Made by a program: the position numbers and the translations under genes
Source: Fidelibacterota bacterium
Lineage (GTDB): Bacteria > Fidelibacterota > UBA2242
Length of the DNA stretch: 64,000 nt
Reading direction: 5' to 3'
Assembly: GCA_041645495.1 (NCBI GenBank)
Contig: JBAZPZ010000002.1
Coordinates: forward strand, 5,469 to 69,468
Shown here: one piece after another, positions 9,555 to 18,327 of the stretch
Layout: the number at the start of each line of letters is the position of its first letter
How positions within the stretch are numbered: the first letter of the stretch is position 1
The notes under the pieces: generated by a model
Database searches by the model: none
What the model saw: the letters and a program-made list of their open reading frames with translations, nothing else
What the model was told of the DNA's origin: nothing

Positions 9555-9784
9555 GAATACCTCCTTTTTTCTGGTTCAATTTACCTAACTACCAATAATA
9601 TAAAAGTTGTTTCGCATCACATTCAAGAAACTTTTATCGAAGCAGTCGGTTAGCCTGAATAATTCACCGCAGCCACCGCCGTTGGCGGGATTCAGCACGC
9701 TGAGAACGCAGAGATTATCTATTTATTAATAACTTAGAGTCATAATCAAGACCAAATATTTTTTAAATAATAAAATTATGAAAT

Positions 9785-9822
9785 GTCCTCCGCCCCGCAT
9801 TCTGCGGGGAACTCCGCGGTTT
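9785..9822. repeat. Intergenic motif copy A (TGTCCTCCG...GCATTCTGCGGGGAACTCCGCGGTT) with a perfect 7-bp hairpin CCCCGCA-TTC-TGCGGGG
   Basis: Direct reading. A near-identical core recurs at 20286..20325. The SacII-type palindrome CCGCGG lies inside it. Confidence 0.6.
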
Positions 9823-9936
9823 ATGAATAAAAGAGGTTAGGTTATGTTCCGGGTACAGAAAATATTGAGAGTATAAAAGAAATGTTGATATTGATTGTAG
9901 ATTTCATTTGACAAAGAAACCAGAATTCTCTAAAAT

Positions 9937-10389
9937 TTGTTCAAGAAATTTGGAGGAATGATTTTGAGAGACACAAAGAGAATTTCGACTTTACTTGCAG
10001 TCACGGTGCTTTTTACCCTCGTCTCAAGCGTTGCGCTCGGAAATTCAAGGTATTATTCCTCAGTCCAACAAATATGCAAAGCGTACCAGATAGAGGTCGA
10101 TTACAACCGGATGAGTTTGATCGAAACGGCTAACGGCGCCAAGGACTTTAGCCTGACGATCAACAGCGCCCGGAATAGTTTCGATCGCGTCATGCTGATC
10201 GGCTTTTATGCCACCGGGAAGGCGATGCTGTATTTGAAAGAGGACATTCAGACGGTGAATATTATCGTGAGCGTCGAATACAAAGGCGTTGAAAATATCA
10301 TGGCGACCGCCGTGAAGGAAGATATCCTGGCGTATGTCGATGGCAAGATGTCTTCAGCTGATTTTGTCAGAAAGATCAAGTTTAGCTAA
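9937..10389 (+). CDS. Hypothetical secreted protein (about 150 aa)
   Basis: Signal peptide (ISTLLAVTVLFTLVSSVALG). The start may be the downstream MILRDTK at 9958. No recognisable domain. A very AT-rich 380-bp region lies upstream. Confidence 0.5.
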   Translation: MFKKFGGMILRDTKRISTLLAVTVLFTLVSSVALGNSRYYSSVQQICKAYQIEVDYNRMSLIETANGAKDFSLTINSARNSFDRVMLIGFYATGKAMLYLKEDIQTVNIIVSVEYKGVENIMATAVKEDILAYVDGKMSSADFVRKIKFS

Positions 10390-10420
10390 ACACAAAGAAC
10401 AAAACCCATAGGAGGAATTC

Positions 10421-10654
10421 ATGGATCCTTTTTCCTGGTCTTACACGTTGATGATGTATTTGAGAGGCATTGGTTGGGCAATTGTCGCCTCGCTCGGTTT
10501 TTCTTTTGGCGTTGGATTAGCCGTTAAGGTATTTGACTGGCTGTCTTCCGACATCGATGAATGGGAAGAGATCAAGAAAGGCAATATCGGCGTTTCGTTG
10601 ATTCTCATCACCATCATTCTCATGGTCGGACTTCTGGTCCATAAAGTCATCTAA
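10421..10654 (+). CDS. DUF350-family small membrane protein (2 TM)
   Basis: GGAGGA lies 5 nt upstream of the ATG. It is 77 aa with two TM helices separated by the DUF350-like motif DIDEWEEIKKGNIGVSL (compare D/YDEWxLIxxGNxAAAL). Confidence 0.6.
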   Translation: MDPFSWSYTLMMYLRGIGWAIVASLGFSFGVGLAVKVFDWLSSDIDEWEEIKKGNIGVSLILITIILMVGLLVHKVI

Positions 10655-10803
10655 GACGACCTTGTTCTCACTTTGCACGGGGAAAATTCCGATCGGTTCG
10701 GAATTTTCCCTTTTTGCGTGATAATTCGATCGGCGGAAACAAATTATTGGTTCGATTTGAGAAATGGTTTATATTTCTGGAGTAGAAAGGTTGGGATCGA
10801 GAA

Positions 10804-10995
10804 ATGGAAGAGAAAAATCAAAATAGTGTAGAAAACGTCAGCAGGCGCGATTTCCTCAGAAAAATGGCGGCGACGGTGATTTTTACGACGCCAACGATTC
10901 AGACGTTCAAACTACTTAAGTCGTCCAACGATTCATGGAATTCCTGGACGGGTCACGGTCACCATCACAATACGGTTCCGCCTCCGCCCGGATAA
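10804..10995 (+). CDS. Possible small Tat-signal peptide ending in a His/Pro-rich tail (63 aa). The gene call is tentative.
   Basis: Near-consensus twin-arginine motif SRRDFLRK followed by an h-region (MAATVIFTTPTIQTF), then NDSWNSWTGHGHHHNTVPPPPG. A hairpin plus T-run terminator follows. The RBS is weak. It could be a remnant of a larger Tat-substrate gene. Confidence 0.35.
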   Translation: MEEKNQNSVENVSRRDFLRKMAATVIFTTPTIQTFKLLKSSNDSWNSWTGHGHHHNTVPPPPG

Positions 10996-11068
10996 CCGAA
11001 CGAGCCAAATCTGCCGCAGTTTTAATCTGCGCCGTCATCTACCTTAAATATATTTATTCGATAGAATT

Positions 11069-11101
11069 GGCGCCGTTTCACTGAAATGGCGCTTTTCGTT
11101 T
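11069..11101 (+). terminator. Rho-independent-type terminator (GGCGCC-13 nt loop-GGCGC + TTTTCGTTT) between the convergent small ORF and thyX
   Basis: The stem and T-run are read directly. The T-run overlaps the thyX stop codon, so it may act on both strands, but the hairpin is weak on the reverse strand. Confidence 0.4.
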
Positions 11102-11951
11102 ATTGGGTTCGCCGGACGATCTCTGCGATCCGTTTGATCTTTCTCTCGTATTCCGCCTGATGAATTCCGGTCAAAGAATGCGGCTTTCCCTGAAGTTGAT
11201 CCGATAACGCCTCCAGTTCCTTGCCGGAGAACCGGACGACATTGAGAATGTGTTTTTCAAATGCTTCGTAGGCAATCGGAACGACGGCTTTTGTAATCCT
11301 GGCCATCGTTTTCGCATATTCCCGGATTTCATATTGTGCATGGTCGTCCATCCGGAGTTGGAGGAAACGAAAGAGGTTATGCAGGTCGATTTGCCAGTAC
11401 CATTCCGTGTAAAGCGAGAGAGGAAGGTTAATGCGCGCCAGTTCTCTGGCGATATCCATTTCCAGTAGTTCCCGGTAATCAGCATAAAGTTCTTTTTGGT
11501 TTTTCAACAGAATGTCGAGCGTTTTCTTACGCAACTCGGCGGGCACCTCTTCCGCGCTTCGTCCCTGCCGGTTGTCTTTGCTCTGAAAGCGGATCGATTC
11601 CTCTTCCGGCATATAAAACTCGTTTTTCATCACGCTGTATCGACCGGAAATTTCATTGACGCGGGCGGAGCGGTGGCGAATCCACTGCCGGGCGACGAAA
11701 ATCGGCATCTTGCAGTGAAAAGTCATGACCACTTGTTCAAACGGCGATGTGTGTTGATGGCTCAGCAAGTAATCGATCAGTGCTTTATCTTCGCGAATCG
11801 TTTTCGTTCCTGAACCGTACGAAACGCGCGCGCTCTGGGCGATTCGTTGGTCGCCGCCCAGATAATCGACCAATCGAACGAATCCGTGGTCCAGTACGGG
11901 GAATTCTTTATCTAAAATCGTCTCGGCTTCGGGCGTGGTGATATGTGCCAT
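11100..11951 (-). CDS. thyX: FAD-dependent thymidylate synthase ThyX
   Basis: ThyX signature RHRxxxxxxxS is present as RHRSARVNEIS. The length is typical for ThyX. Confidence 0.85.
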   Translation of the reverse strand: MAHITTPEAETILDKEFPVLDHGFVRLVDYLGGDQRIAQSARVSYGSGTKTIREDKALIDYLLSHQHTSPFEQVVMTFHCKMPIFVARQWIRHRSARVNEISGRYSVMKNEFYMPEEESIRFQSKDNRQGRSAEEVPAELRKKTLDILLKNQKELYADYRELLEMDIARELARINLPLSLYTEWYWQIDLHNLFRFLQLRMDDHAQYEIREYAKTMARITKAVVPIAYEAFEKHILNVVRFSGKELEALSDQLQGKPHSLTGIHQAEYERKIKRIAEIVRRTQ

Positions 11952-12093
11952 TTTTCGTCTCCATTTTTTCCGGTGAAATCTACGCTTTTTTCCAAACTCA
12001 CGGAAGCAGGTTGTTCGGTGATTTTGAAAAAGTCCGACCGTTCATCGATTTTTCGTTTGACAATGCGATACCTTTTTTCAAAATTACCTCAGG

Positions 12094-14055
12094 ATGAAAA
12101 TCAAATTCAACTTATTGCTCCTGTGTGTTTTATTGGCAGAATTGCAGGCGCAAACACCGCTTTCGGCGGATCATATCGATGCGGAAATTCTGCGAAAAAC
12201 GGCAGAAATCGATCAATTCCATTTTCTATCTTTAAAAAATACATACGCATTGCCGAGTCCGTTCGATGTCGGTTATCTCGGTTTGGATTTGAAATTGAAT
12301 ATTCCCGCTCGGTCGCTTTCGGGCTCAGCGGTAATTCGCGTCCGGTCGCTGGTAGCAAATCTGATGACTCTCGATCTGGATCTGGATGAGGCGATGATTG
12401 TCGATAGTGTCGGCGGTGCAGCCGATGCTTTTTCTCACGTCTCCAACCGTCTTTCCTTGTCGTTAAACAGAGATTTTGGAATTGGTGAGATCGCGGAGAT
12501 CGATATTTGGTATCATGGTTTCCCGAAAGACTTAGGAAGAAAAGGTTTGATGTTCGGAGAACATGAAGGAGCGCCGGTCGTCGCATCGCTCGATCAGCCG
12601 TATTATTCCAACACGTGGTTTCCCTGCAAAGATTTACCGGAAGACAAAATCGATTCGGTCGATTTCTCCATCACGGTTCCTGATACGCTCGTCGCGGTGT
12701 CGAACGGATTGCTGGCCGAAACGATCCGAAACGGCGATGGAACGGCGACTTTTCGCTGGCAGGAACGTTACCCAATTGCCAATTATCTGATCTTTTTGGC
12801 TGTTTCCAAATACGCTTATCGCGAAGACATCTACACCGGACTCAACGGCGAAAAGATGCCGATTCAGTTTTGGATTTTTCCGGAAAACGTCGAATCTGCC
12901 ATGACCACCTTGGATCTGACGTCGGATATGATCCGTTTTTTCTCGACGGTTTTTGGCGAATATCCGTTCATCAAAGAAAAATATGGAACGGTTCAATTTC
13001 TCTGGAGCGGCGGAATGGAACATCAAACCTGTACGAGTCTGGGCAGTTACGGGGAACTGCTGATCGCTCACGAACTTGCTCACCAGTGGTGGGGCGATAT
13101 GATCACCTGCGCCAACTGGCGTCATATCTGGCTTAACGAGGGATTTGCACGTTACGCCGAAGCCTACTGGTACGAGCACCAAAACGGTTCCGAAAGCCTG
13201 AAAGGCTATATGGATTACCTCAACCGGCCGAGCGAATGGAATTCCAATCGCCTCTATGTGACTGACACGACGAATGTAACGTTGATGTTCGACCGTGTGG
13301 TTTATGATAAAGGCGCGTGGGTCTTGCATATGCTTCGGAAAATCGTCGGGGAGAGCGGTTTTGACCAAATTCTCCGGACTTATCGGGAAGCGTACGACAT
13401 GAGCGTCGCACAGACGCGGGATTTTCAACGTGTCTGCGAATCGGTTTCCGGGATGAATTTAGACAGGTTTTTCGATGAATGGGTTTATGGCGAAGGCCAG
13501 CCGCATTACAAATTCAACTGGCGAAGAAACCGGAACGACGATCGCAGTTGGTTGCTTGCATTGCACATCGATCAGGTGCAGACGACGTCCACCGTTTTTT
13601 CAATGCCGATTGACGTCGTCGTAAAAACAGAAAACGGCGACGAGTCTCTGACGATATGGGACAGCCTGCCGTCACAGGATTTTACGATGATCTGCACCGC
13701 CAAACCGCTTTCCATCGAGATCGATCCGGGTTCATGGATTTTGAAAAGCGTCAGCGATGTCACAGTCGATCCGGACGTCGGCGAATTTCCCGACGATATT
13801 TCCATTTCCGAACCGTTTCCGAATCCGTTTAATCAATCTGTGGCTTTTCAGGTTTACTTGCCGAGAGATTTTCGGGGCGCGTTGACGGTTGTGGATTTAA
13901 CCGGGAGAAAGATCGACGAAATTCAAACCGGTCGGTTGAAGGCCGGAAATCTGCGACAGAGTTGGACACCCGATGGAATTTCATCGGGTTTGTATTTCAT
14001 CCGGCTGGAAGGTTCGGGCATCTTCAAACAACAGAAAGTCGTCTATCTCAAATGA
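12094..14055 (+). CDS. M1-family zinc aminopeptidase (aminopeptidase N-like) with a C-terminal T9SS sorting domain
   Basis: Signal peptide (LLLLCVLLAELQAQ). Gluzincin motif HELAHQWWGD...WLNEGFARY. The tail reads PFPNPFNQSVAFQVYLP...SGLYFIRLEGSG, a T9SS CTD. Confidence 0.85.
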   Translation: MKIKFNLLLLCVLLAELQAQTPLSADHIDAEILRKTAEIDQFHFLSLKNTYALPSPFDVGYLGLDLKLNIPARSLSGSAVIRVRSLVANLMTLDLDLDEAMIVDSVGGAADAFSHVSNRLSLSLNRDFGIGEIAEIDIWYHGFPKDLGRKGLMFGEHEGAPVVASLDQPYYSNTWFPCKDLPEDKIDSVDFSITVPDTLVAVSNGLLAETIRNGDGTATFRWQERYPIANYLIFLAVSKYAYREDIYTGLNGEKMPIQFWIFPENVESAMTTLDLTSDMIRFFSTVFGEYPFIKEKYGTVQFLWSGGMEHQTCTSLGSYGELLIAHELAHQWWGDMITCANWRHIWLNEGFARYAEAYWYEHQNGSESLKGYMDYLNRPSEWNSNRLYVTDTTNVTLMFDRVVYDKGAWVLHMLRKIVGESGFDQILRTYREAYDMSVAQTRDFQRVCESVSGMNLDRFFDEWVYGEGQPHYKFNWRRNRNDDRSWLLALHIDQVQTTSTVFSMPIDVVVKTENGDESLTIWDSLPSQDFTMICTAKPLSIEIDPGSWILKSVSDVTVDPDVGEFPDDISISEPFPNPFNQSVAFQVYLPRDFRGALTVVDLTGRKIDEIQTGRLKAGNLRQSWTPDGISSGLYFIRLEGSGIFKQQKVVYLK

Positions 14056-14153
14056 GTCGTAGCTTTTTTATGGTCGTTCTGTTTAAGAAAAATGTGTAAA
14101 CTTGGACGTGTAACTTTGAAGCAAAACTGCGAAAGGAACAAATCAAGTACCGC

Positions 14154-17100
14154 TTGGTTTCAAAAAACATGAAGAAAATCGTTGTTATCAGTCTGTTCGT
14201 TTCCTTTTTTCTGGTCGGCACTGCTTATTCCCAGTTTGGGAAAAACAAGGTTCAATATGACAATTATCGCTGGTCGTACATTCAGTCCGAACACTTCGAC
14301 ATCTATTTTTACGAAGGCGGAGAAGATCTGGCGCTTTTTGCGGAACCTGTCGTCGAGCAGGCGCTTAAGGATATTTCCAGTGTCCTGAACTGGCGCGTTC
14401 GCAAGCGGATGGCGCTGATTCTGTACAACTCGCATTCCGATTTTCAACAGACAAACGTCATTCTGGATTACATGTACGAGGGCATCGGCGGCGTGACCGA
14501 ACTTTTCAAAAATCGCGCCGTCGTTCCTTTTGAAGGATCGTACGCCGACTTCTGGCATACATTACGCCACGAACTGGTGCATGTTGTCGTCAACGATATG
14601 ATATACGGCGGAAACATCCAGAGTATAGTTTCGGGAAGAGTTCGTCTCCAAATTCCGCAATGGATGAACGAAGGATTGGCGGAATATATCTCCACCGGCT
14701 GGGACACGCATGCGGATTTGACGCTCCGCGATGTGGCGCTCGGAAATGAAATCCCGGATCTCGAAGAACTGGATTACTACATGTCCTACAAAGGCGGACA
14801 ATCGGTTTACCGCTTCATCGCATCACGTTACGGCAATGAAAAAATCGGCGAAATCTGGGCGCAGATGAAAGGGCGCGGGAACGCCGAAAAAGGGCTGAAA
14901 ACCGCCATCGGAATGGATATGAAAGAACTGGGCGAGAAATGGCACCGCTGGGTGAGAGCCGAATATTGGCCGGATGTCGCGGATCGTGAAGAAATCAAAA
15001 CGATCTCGAACCAATTGACCGATCATCGGAAACTGAAAAATTACTTCAATACCGGCCCGGCGATCTCGCCGAGCGGCGACAAGGTCGCCATCATGTCCGA
15101 CAGAAAAGGATATGCCGATATTTTTCTCATTTCCAGTTCGGACGGAAAGCCGATCACTAAATTAGTCAGCGGCCAAAAATCACCCGATCTGGAAGAATTG
15201 AAATGGCTGAATCCGCGGCTGAGCTGGTCTCCGGACAGCAAGAAAATCCTCCTGGCCGTGAAAAGCGGGAAGAACGACGCGCTGATCATCGTCGATGTAA
15301 AAACGAAAAAACGTCAGCGGCTAACCTTTCCAAATCTGGATGAAATCTTCGACGCCGCATGGTCACCCAATGGAGAAAGTATCGCATTTGTCGGCCTGAA
15401 ATCGGACAGGAGTGATCTTTATCTTTATAATCTGAAAACCAAAACGACGCGGCGCCTGACCAATGACCGCGAATCGGATTTCGAACCTTGCTGGTCGCCC
15501 GACGGCAAGAAGATCGTTTTTGCTTCACAGAGAAGTGGATTTGACGGTGAAAATTCACTATCAAAAGGTCAACTCGCCTCCGGAACCGATTTTCGCCAGA
15601 CAGACCTGTATATCTACGATATGATGGACAGTTCCATCACGCGTCTGACCGATACGCCGTGGAACGAAAATTATCCGGTCTGGGCTAATACGAAAAATGC
15701 CATCATCTACACATCGGACACGAACGGAATTTCCAACATTTACGTTTATTCGTTCGATACGAAAGAATCGGTTGCGATTACAAACATTTTGACCGGCATT
15801 TTCCAACCGAGTCTGAGCAAAGACGATTCGCGTCTGGCCTTTGCCGGATTTGCCGACGGCGGCTGGGATATTTACATGGTTACAAATCCACTGTCGATGA
15901 CCAGCGAGAAGAAAGAGATCAAACCAACGGTTTACGCCAAGGAAATTGTGAAAAGCTGGAACGAACCGGCAAAATTTGTCATGAAAAAGGATTCGTCCGA
16001 AGTCGCCAAACCGACCGTAACTCGCACCGTCAGCGTAGCGCAGAATTATTCGAACTACATTTTTGCTCCCAGCATCGACGCGGTCGGCATGATCCCGGAC
16101 GAACCGGATACGACGCCGGTGAAAACCGATACTCTTCAGAATAAAACGCCAGAAGGCAATTTTGTCATCAATCCGTATAAAACAAAATTCACGCTGGATA
16201 TGATCGACAGCCAGGCAGGTTACAATACGTTTTGGGGATTGCAGGGAACGACCATTTTCGCGTTCAGCGATATTCTCGGAAACCACCAACTGTTATTCGG
16301 AACCGAGATGTACCTCGATCTCGAAAACAGCGATTACTACCTGGCTTACCAGTATCTCGGCAAGCGCACAAATTATTCCGTCGTCGGGTTTCATTCCGCC
16401 AATTTTTGGTCACTGAGTTATTACTACATGTTGCGGCTCAGAAACTACGGCGCCGACTTTTCGGTTTCGAGACCCTTCTCTCATCTTAGCCGGGGCGAAT
16501 TCGGATTGACCTCATATAATGTCGAACAAAGCCTGATCAATATCCTGACCGGGACGACCGATACCAGCGTTACGATCAACACTCTTCTGCCGCGCGTCGG
16601 ACTTGTTTTCGATAACACGCTCTGGGGATATTTTTATCCGATGGACGGCTGGCGCGGCCGGTTAGACTTCATGATGAGTCCCAAGTACAACAAGAACAGC
16701 ATGGAATTTCAGACGCTGACTTTCGACGTGCGTCGATATTATAAGTTGAACAATGAATATTCGTTCGGGCTGAGATTGTCCGGCGGATTGAGCGAAGGGA
16801 AAAACGCCCAGCGCTTCTTTCTGGGCGGCGAATCGAACTGGATCAATCAGAAATACAGACGCTACCACGATTATGAAGACGTTGGAGACCTTTACTTCTC
16901 GCAATTCGTGACGCCGCTGAGAGGCGCGCGCTATTATGAGCGTGAAGGCACGCGGTATTTTCTGGCGAACCTCGAGTTCCGGTATCCGTTCATCAAATAT
17001 ATGGCGCTCGGCTGGCCGCTTCCGATGAGAATGGGCGGCGTTCAGGGAATAACTTTCGTCGATTTCGGATCGGCATGGGACGGCAGTGATTTTCACCCGT

Positions 17101-17273
17101 TTGGACGAGACGTGACCAACGGACTCAACATGGATGATTTGGTTTCCGGCGTCGGGTGCGGGATGCGTCTGTTTTTCGGTTATTTTCTCATGAAGATCGA
17201 CGTTGCCTGGCGGTACGATTTCGATAGGTTTTCCAAGCCAAAATACTATATCTCACTGGGAATGGATTTCTAA
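14154..17273 (+). CDS. Large outer-membrane protein. It has an N-terminal gluzincin-like HExxH...E domain, TolB-like PD40/WD40 beta-propeller repeats and a C-terminal Omp85/'bacterial surface antigen'-like beta-barrel.
   Basis: Signal peptide (the start may be MKKIVV at 14169). HELVHVVVND...WMNEGLAEY resembles the M1 HExxH-x-NEGxAxY arrangement. There are at least 5 repeats of the WSPDGKKI(V/A)F type. The C-terminal ~400 aa carry Omp85-like motifs (RFFLGGESN, PLRGARYY) and end ...YISLGMDF with a terminal Phe. Confidence 0.75.
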   Translation: MVSKNMKKIVVISLFVSFFLVGTAYSQFGKNKVQYDNYRWSYIQSEHFDIYFYEGGEDLALFAEPVVEQALKDISSVLNWRVRKRMALILYNSHSDFQQTNVILDYMYEGIGGVTELFKNRAVVPFEGSYADFWHTLRHELVHVVVNDMIYGGNIQSIVSGRVRLQIPQWMNEGLAEYISTGWDTHADLTLRDVALGNEIPDLEELDYYMSYKGGQSVYRFIASRYGNEKIGEIWAQMKGRGNAEKGLKTAIGMDMKELGEKWHRWVRAEYWPDVADREEIKTISNQLTDHRKLKNYFNTGPAISPSGDKVAIMSDRKGYADIFLISSSDGKPITKLVSGQKSPDLEELKWLNPRLSWSPDSKKILLAVKSGKNDALIIVDVKTKKRQRLTFPNLDEIFDAAWSPNGESIAFVGLKSDRSDLYLYNLKTKTTRRLTNDRESDFEPCWSPDGKKIVFASQRSGFDGENSLSKGQLASGTDFRQTDLYIYDMMDSSITRLTDTPWNENYPVWANTKNAIIYTSDTNGISNIYVYSFDTKESVAITNILTGIFQPSLSKDDSRLAFAGFADGGWDIYMVTNPLSMTSEKKEIKPTVYAKEIVKSWNEPAKFVMKKDSSEVAKPTVTRTVSVAQNYSNYIFAPSIDAVGMIPDEPDTTPVKTDTLQNKTPEGNFVINPYKTKFTLDMIDSQAGYNTFWGLQGTTIFAFSDILGNHQLLFGTEMYLDLENSDYYLAYQYLGKRTNYSVVGFHSANFWSLSYYYMLRLRNYGADFSVSRPFSHLSRGEFGLTSYNVEQSLINILTGTTDTSVTINTLLPRVGLVFDNTLWGYFYPMDGWRGRLDFMMSPKYNKNSMEFQTLTFDVRRYYKLNNEYSFGLRLSGGLSEGKNAQRFFLGGESNWINQKYRRYHDYEDVGDLYFSQFVTPLRGARYYEREGTRYFLANLEFRYPFIKYMALGWPLPMRMGGVQGITFVDFGSAWDGSDFHPFGRDVTNGLNMDDLVSGVGCGMRLFFGYFLMKIDVAWRYDFDRFSKPKYYISLGMDF

Positions 17274-17406
17274 CCGATCCGGCCAAAACGCATCGTCCCG
17301 ACTTCCGAATCATTCGGCGGCAACAAAATACTTGGTTTCCATGCGACTGTGGTGTTAGTTTCCGTCCGAGAAATCGTGATTTGAATGATTGTAAAAGACG
17401 AAAGCG

Positions 17407-18327
17407 ATGAGCGATAGAAAAACCAAATATCTTCAATTTTTTGTTCTGTGCCTGATCTGGAGTACGACGTGGGGAATGATTAAAATCGGCGCGGAAGAAA
17501 CACCGCCGATGGTCGGCCTCGCCATCCGGTTTATCATTGCCTCGGTAATCCTTTTTTCGATCATTTTCGTCAAAAGGCGGAAAATTCCCCTCGACAAGTC
17601 TTCAGTCATTACCTATCTGATCGCCGGAATTTTCAGCCAGACGCTGAGTTATTACTGCACCTATTGGGGCACGCAATTCGTGACCAGCGGATTGTCGGCG
17701 ATTCTCTGGGCGACGATGCCGCTGACGGTTGGCGTCTTCGCTCATTTCATGATTCCTGAAGAGCGGCTGAATTGGGTTCGCGTCGGCTCCGTCTGTGTTT
17801 CGATTTTCGGCGTGATTCTGATTCTTTCCGACCAGAAATTGGTATTCAACTGGCAGGTACTTGCGGGCGGTTTTATCGTTCTGCTTGCCGTTTTGCTGGG
17901 TTCTTTTCCGGCGGTTTATATCAAGAAGAATCAGAAGTCCGTCGATCCGCTGATGTTGACGGCGATGTCGCTGGGAATCGCGGCCGTCTGTCACTCGGTC
18001 GGCGCGCTGGCGACAGGTCAGTGGCAAGAAATGAGCTGGGATTTGAAAAACCTCGGTGCCGCCGCTTATCTCGGTATATTCGGTTCGGCAACGGCGTTTT
18101 TCATCTATTATTCCCTGCTGAGGAAAATTTCTGTCATCAAACTTTCATTCATCAATTTCGTCACACCGGTTTTTGCCGCCGGATTGGGCTGGCTGTTTTT
18201 GAGCGAACTGATCACGTTTCGTGAAATCGTCGGAACGATCGTCATTCTTGCCGGACTCTTTTTCTTTGATTTTCGGAAATATTTGACTTTCCTTCAAACC
18301 TGTTTAACGAGAGAGCAGAAATCATGA
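17407..18327 (+). CDS. EamA/DMT-superfamily transporter (10 TM)
   Basis: Duplicated EamA-like TM architecture. Its stop overlaps the radA start. Confidence 0.75.
   Translation: MSDRKTKYLQFFVLCLIWSTTWGMIKIGAEETPPMVGLAIRFIIASVILFSIIFVKRRKIPLDKSSVITYLIAGIFSQTLSYYCTYWGTQFVTSGLSAILWATMPLTVGVFAHFMIPEERLNWVRVGSVCVSIFGVILILSDQKLVFNWQVLAGGFIVLLAVLLGSFPAVYIKKNQKSVDPLMLTAMSLGIAAVCHSVGALATGQWQEMSWDLKNLGAAAYLGIFGSATAFFIYYSLLRKISVIKLSFINFVTPVFAAGLGWLFLSELITFREIVGTIVILAGLFFFDFRKYLTFLQTCLTREQKS

Noticed and set aside
10804-10995. Interpreting the Tat-signal micro-ORF as a bona fide RiPP precursor
   Set aside because: No adjacent modification enzymes (radical SAM, YcaO, lanthipeptide synthetase, peptidase/exporter pair) are present. 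It is kept only as a tentative small gene or possible gene remnant.
17274-17406. tRNA, tmRNA or other structured RNA in the larger intergenic gaps (17274-17406, 40859-41072, 49458-49558, 51369-51459)
   Set aside because: No cloverleaf-compatible sequence (GTTCGAAT-like T-arm, acceptor-stem pairing) or other recognisable RNA motif was found by eye. This cannot be excluded without covariance-model searches.
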